From NCBI GenBank assembly GCA_963737265.1, contig CAVTRY010000007.1, forward strand, positions 64,001-128,000: a stretch of DNA of 64,000 nt, given 5' to 3'. Within the stretch, counting starts at the first letter, position 1; each line of letters starts with the position of its first letter. The notes below the pieces were generated by a model. That model saw only the letters and a list, made by a program, of their open reading frames with translations. It had not been told where the DNA came from and made no database searches. The position numbers and the translations under genes are program-made. This DNA is from an uncultured delta proteobacterium (GTDB lineage Bacteria > Myxococcota_A > Polyangia > Fen-1088). Of this stretch, positions 62,541 to 64,000 are shown in pieces.

Positions 62541-64000
62541 CTACTTGCTTTCCAGCCCGAGCAGCGCAATGTGCAGCTCGTCGAGCTGTTTGGTAGTCAC
62601 TGCGGATGGCGCGTCAGTGCAAAGGTCGGTTCCCTTTTGAGTCTTGGGGAACGCGATCACGTCGCGCAACGATTCTGCGCCACACAAAAGCATGGCCAGC
62701 CGATCCACGCCGGCAGCGATGCCGCCATGGGGTGGCGGGCCGCAACGGAAGGCATCCAGCAGGAAGCCGAATTTGGTCTGCGCATCCTCGTCGGACATCC
62801 CCATGGCGCGGAACACGCGCGACTGGATGTCACCTTGGTGGATGCGGATCGAGCCACCGGCGATCTCATTTCCGTTGAGCACAAGATCGTAGGCGCGGGC
62901 GCGCACCGATCCCGGGTCGGACTCGAGTCGGTCGAGATCTCCGGCTACCGGCGACGTGAAGGGATGGTGGGCCGCGACAAGCTTGCCGTCGTCGCTGCGC
63001 TCGAAGAGCGGGAACTCGGTGATCCAGCAGAATTTCCACTGGTTCGCCGGAATGATGTCGAGCTTATTCGCCACGTGCAGTCGGAGCGCGCCGAGCACGG
63101 AGTGCACCAACTTGGGCGCGCCAAACTGCAAGAAGAAGACGTCGCCTTCTTGTAGGCCGGCGGCGGCGTTCAGATCGGCGCGCAGCGATTCGCTCATCGT
63201 TTTCATGGGCGACTGGGTCCACGCCCCGCCCGCGCCGATGCGCGCCCGCGCCAAGCCGCGTGCGCCCAAGCCCTTGACGAATTCCTCCAGCTTGTCGACC
63301 TCGGCGCGCGACATTTTCGATGCCTCGGTAGCGGGCAAGCGCCAGCCCTTCACCACCGCCGCCTCGCCGCCGGTAGACTTGGCCGAAACCGCCTGGCGCA
63401 ACATTTCGACGTTGCCACCGTCGTGCTTGCGCACGACCTCGGTCACATCGCACAGGGGCAGTCCGAAACGCAGATCGGGCTTGTCCGATCCGTAGCTGGC
63501 CATGGCCTCGGTGTACGACAAGCGCAGGAACGGGGTGGCAAGGTCGATGCCGAGGATGTCCCTCCACAGCGCGGACATTAGGCTTTCAAAAACCCCCTGC
63601 ACGTCCTCCTCGACGACGAAGCTCATCTCGGCGTCGATCTGTGTGAACTCGGGCTGGCGGTCTTGGCGCAGATCCTCGTCGCGGAAGCAACGGACGATCT
63701 GAAAGTAGCGGTCGAAACCCGCCACCATGAAAAGCTGCTTGAAGAGCTGGGGCGACTCGGCCAAGGCGTAAAACTGGCCTGGCGAAAGGCGCGACGGAAC
63801 CAGGAAGTTGCGCGCACCGCCCGGCGTGTATTTCACCAGGAAGGGCGTTTCGATTTCGAGGAACTTGTGCAGGGTCAGCACGCGCCGAGTGGTCTGGTAG
63901 ATCTGCGAGCGCAAAAGGAAGTTCTTTTGCAGCGACGGACGGCGCAGATCGAGCGCGCGATGTTTCAGTCGGATCGATTCGTTGGCCGTGGTGCTGTCAG
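62541..64000 (-). CDS. aspS: Aspartate--tRNA ligase, 5' end outside window
   Basis: PGGARNFLVPSR, FRDEDLRQDRQPEFTQID, AHHPFT, GGSIRIH, PPHGGIAAGVDR, VIAFPKTQ. Confidence 0.97.
   Translation of the reverse strand, partial: DSTTANESIRLKHRALDLRRPSLQKNFLLRSQIYQTTRRVLTLHKFLEIETPFLVKYTPGGARNFLVPSRLSPGQFYALAESPQLFKQLFMVAGFDRYFQIVRCFRDEDLRQDRQPEFTQIDAEMSFVVEEDVQGVFESLMSALWRDILGIDLATPFLRLSYTEAMASYGSDKPDLRFGLPLCDVTEVVRKHDGGNVEMLRQAVSAKSTGGEAAVVKGWRLPATEASKMSRAEVDKLEEFVKGLGARGLARARIGAGGAWTQSPMKTMSESLRADLNAAAGLQEGDVFFLQFGAPKLVHSVLGALRLHVANKLDIIPANQWKFCWITEFPLFERSDDGKLVAAHHPFTSPVAGDLDRLESDPGSVRARAYDLVLNGNEIAGGSIRIHQGDIQSRVFRAMGMSDEDAQTKFGFLLDAFRCGPPPHGGIAAGVDRLAMLLCGAESLRDVIAFPKTQKGTDLCTDAPSAVTTKQLDELHIALLGLESK

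Overview
High-GC bacterial window, most likely Myxococcota, judging from the gliding-motility (glt) genes. In order it contains: a trehalose locus (GH15 hydrolase divergent from a membrane-anchored otsA and otsB); a DUF481-type outer-membrane barrel; and an acyl-CoA dehydrogenase / iterative type I PKS-FAS (KS-AT-KS-ACPx4-KR-DH) / Sfp-type PPTase operon. In that PKS all four ACPs carry Thr instead of the Ser that normally receives phosphopantetheine. Next is a Mutator-like (ISKra4/ISLre2-type) IS whose 17-bp target duplication is exactly the spacer of a sigma70-like promoter. Then come a divergent RNase Y, a glt cluster (gltC-D-E-F-G, TPR lipoprotein, giant gltI/agmK, divergent cglC-like gene), yraN, rpsP-khpA-rimM-trmD-rplS, a UshA-like tetraheme cytochrome, nadA, a Fam20-like kinase, TlpA, coaX, a REC-GAF-HD-GYP protein, a MITE-disrupted beta-propeller pseudogene, dapF, secG-tpiA-pgk and partial aspS. 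Four +1 frameshifts (two in the PKS, two in gltI) can all be placed at TTCGAGC, which suggests a systematic, possibly methylation-linked sequencing error rather than real pseudogenes. All family assignments come from motif recognition by eye; no searches were run.
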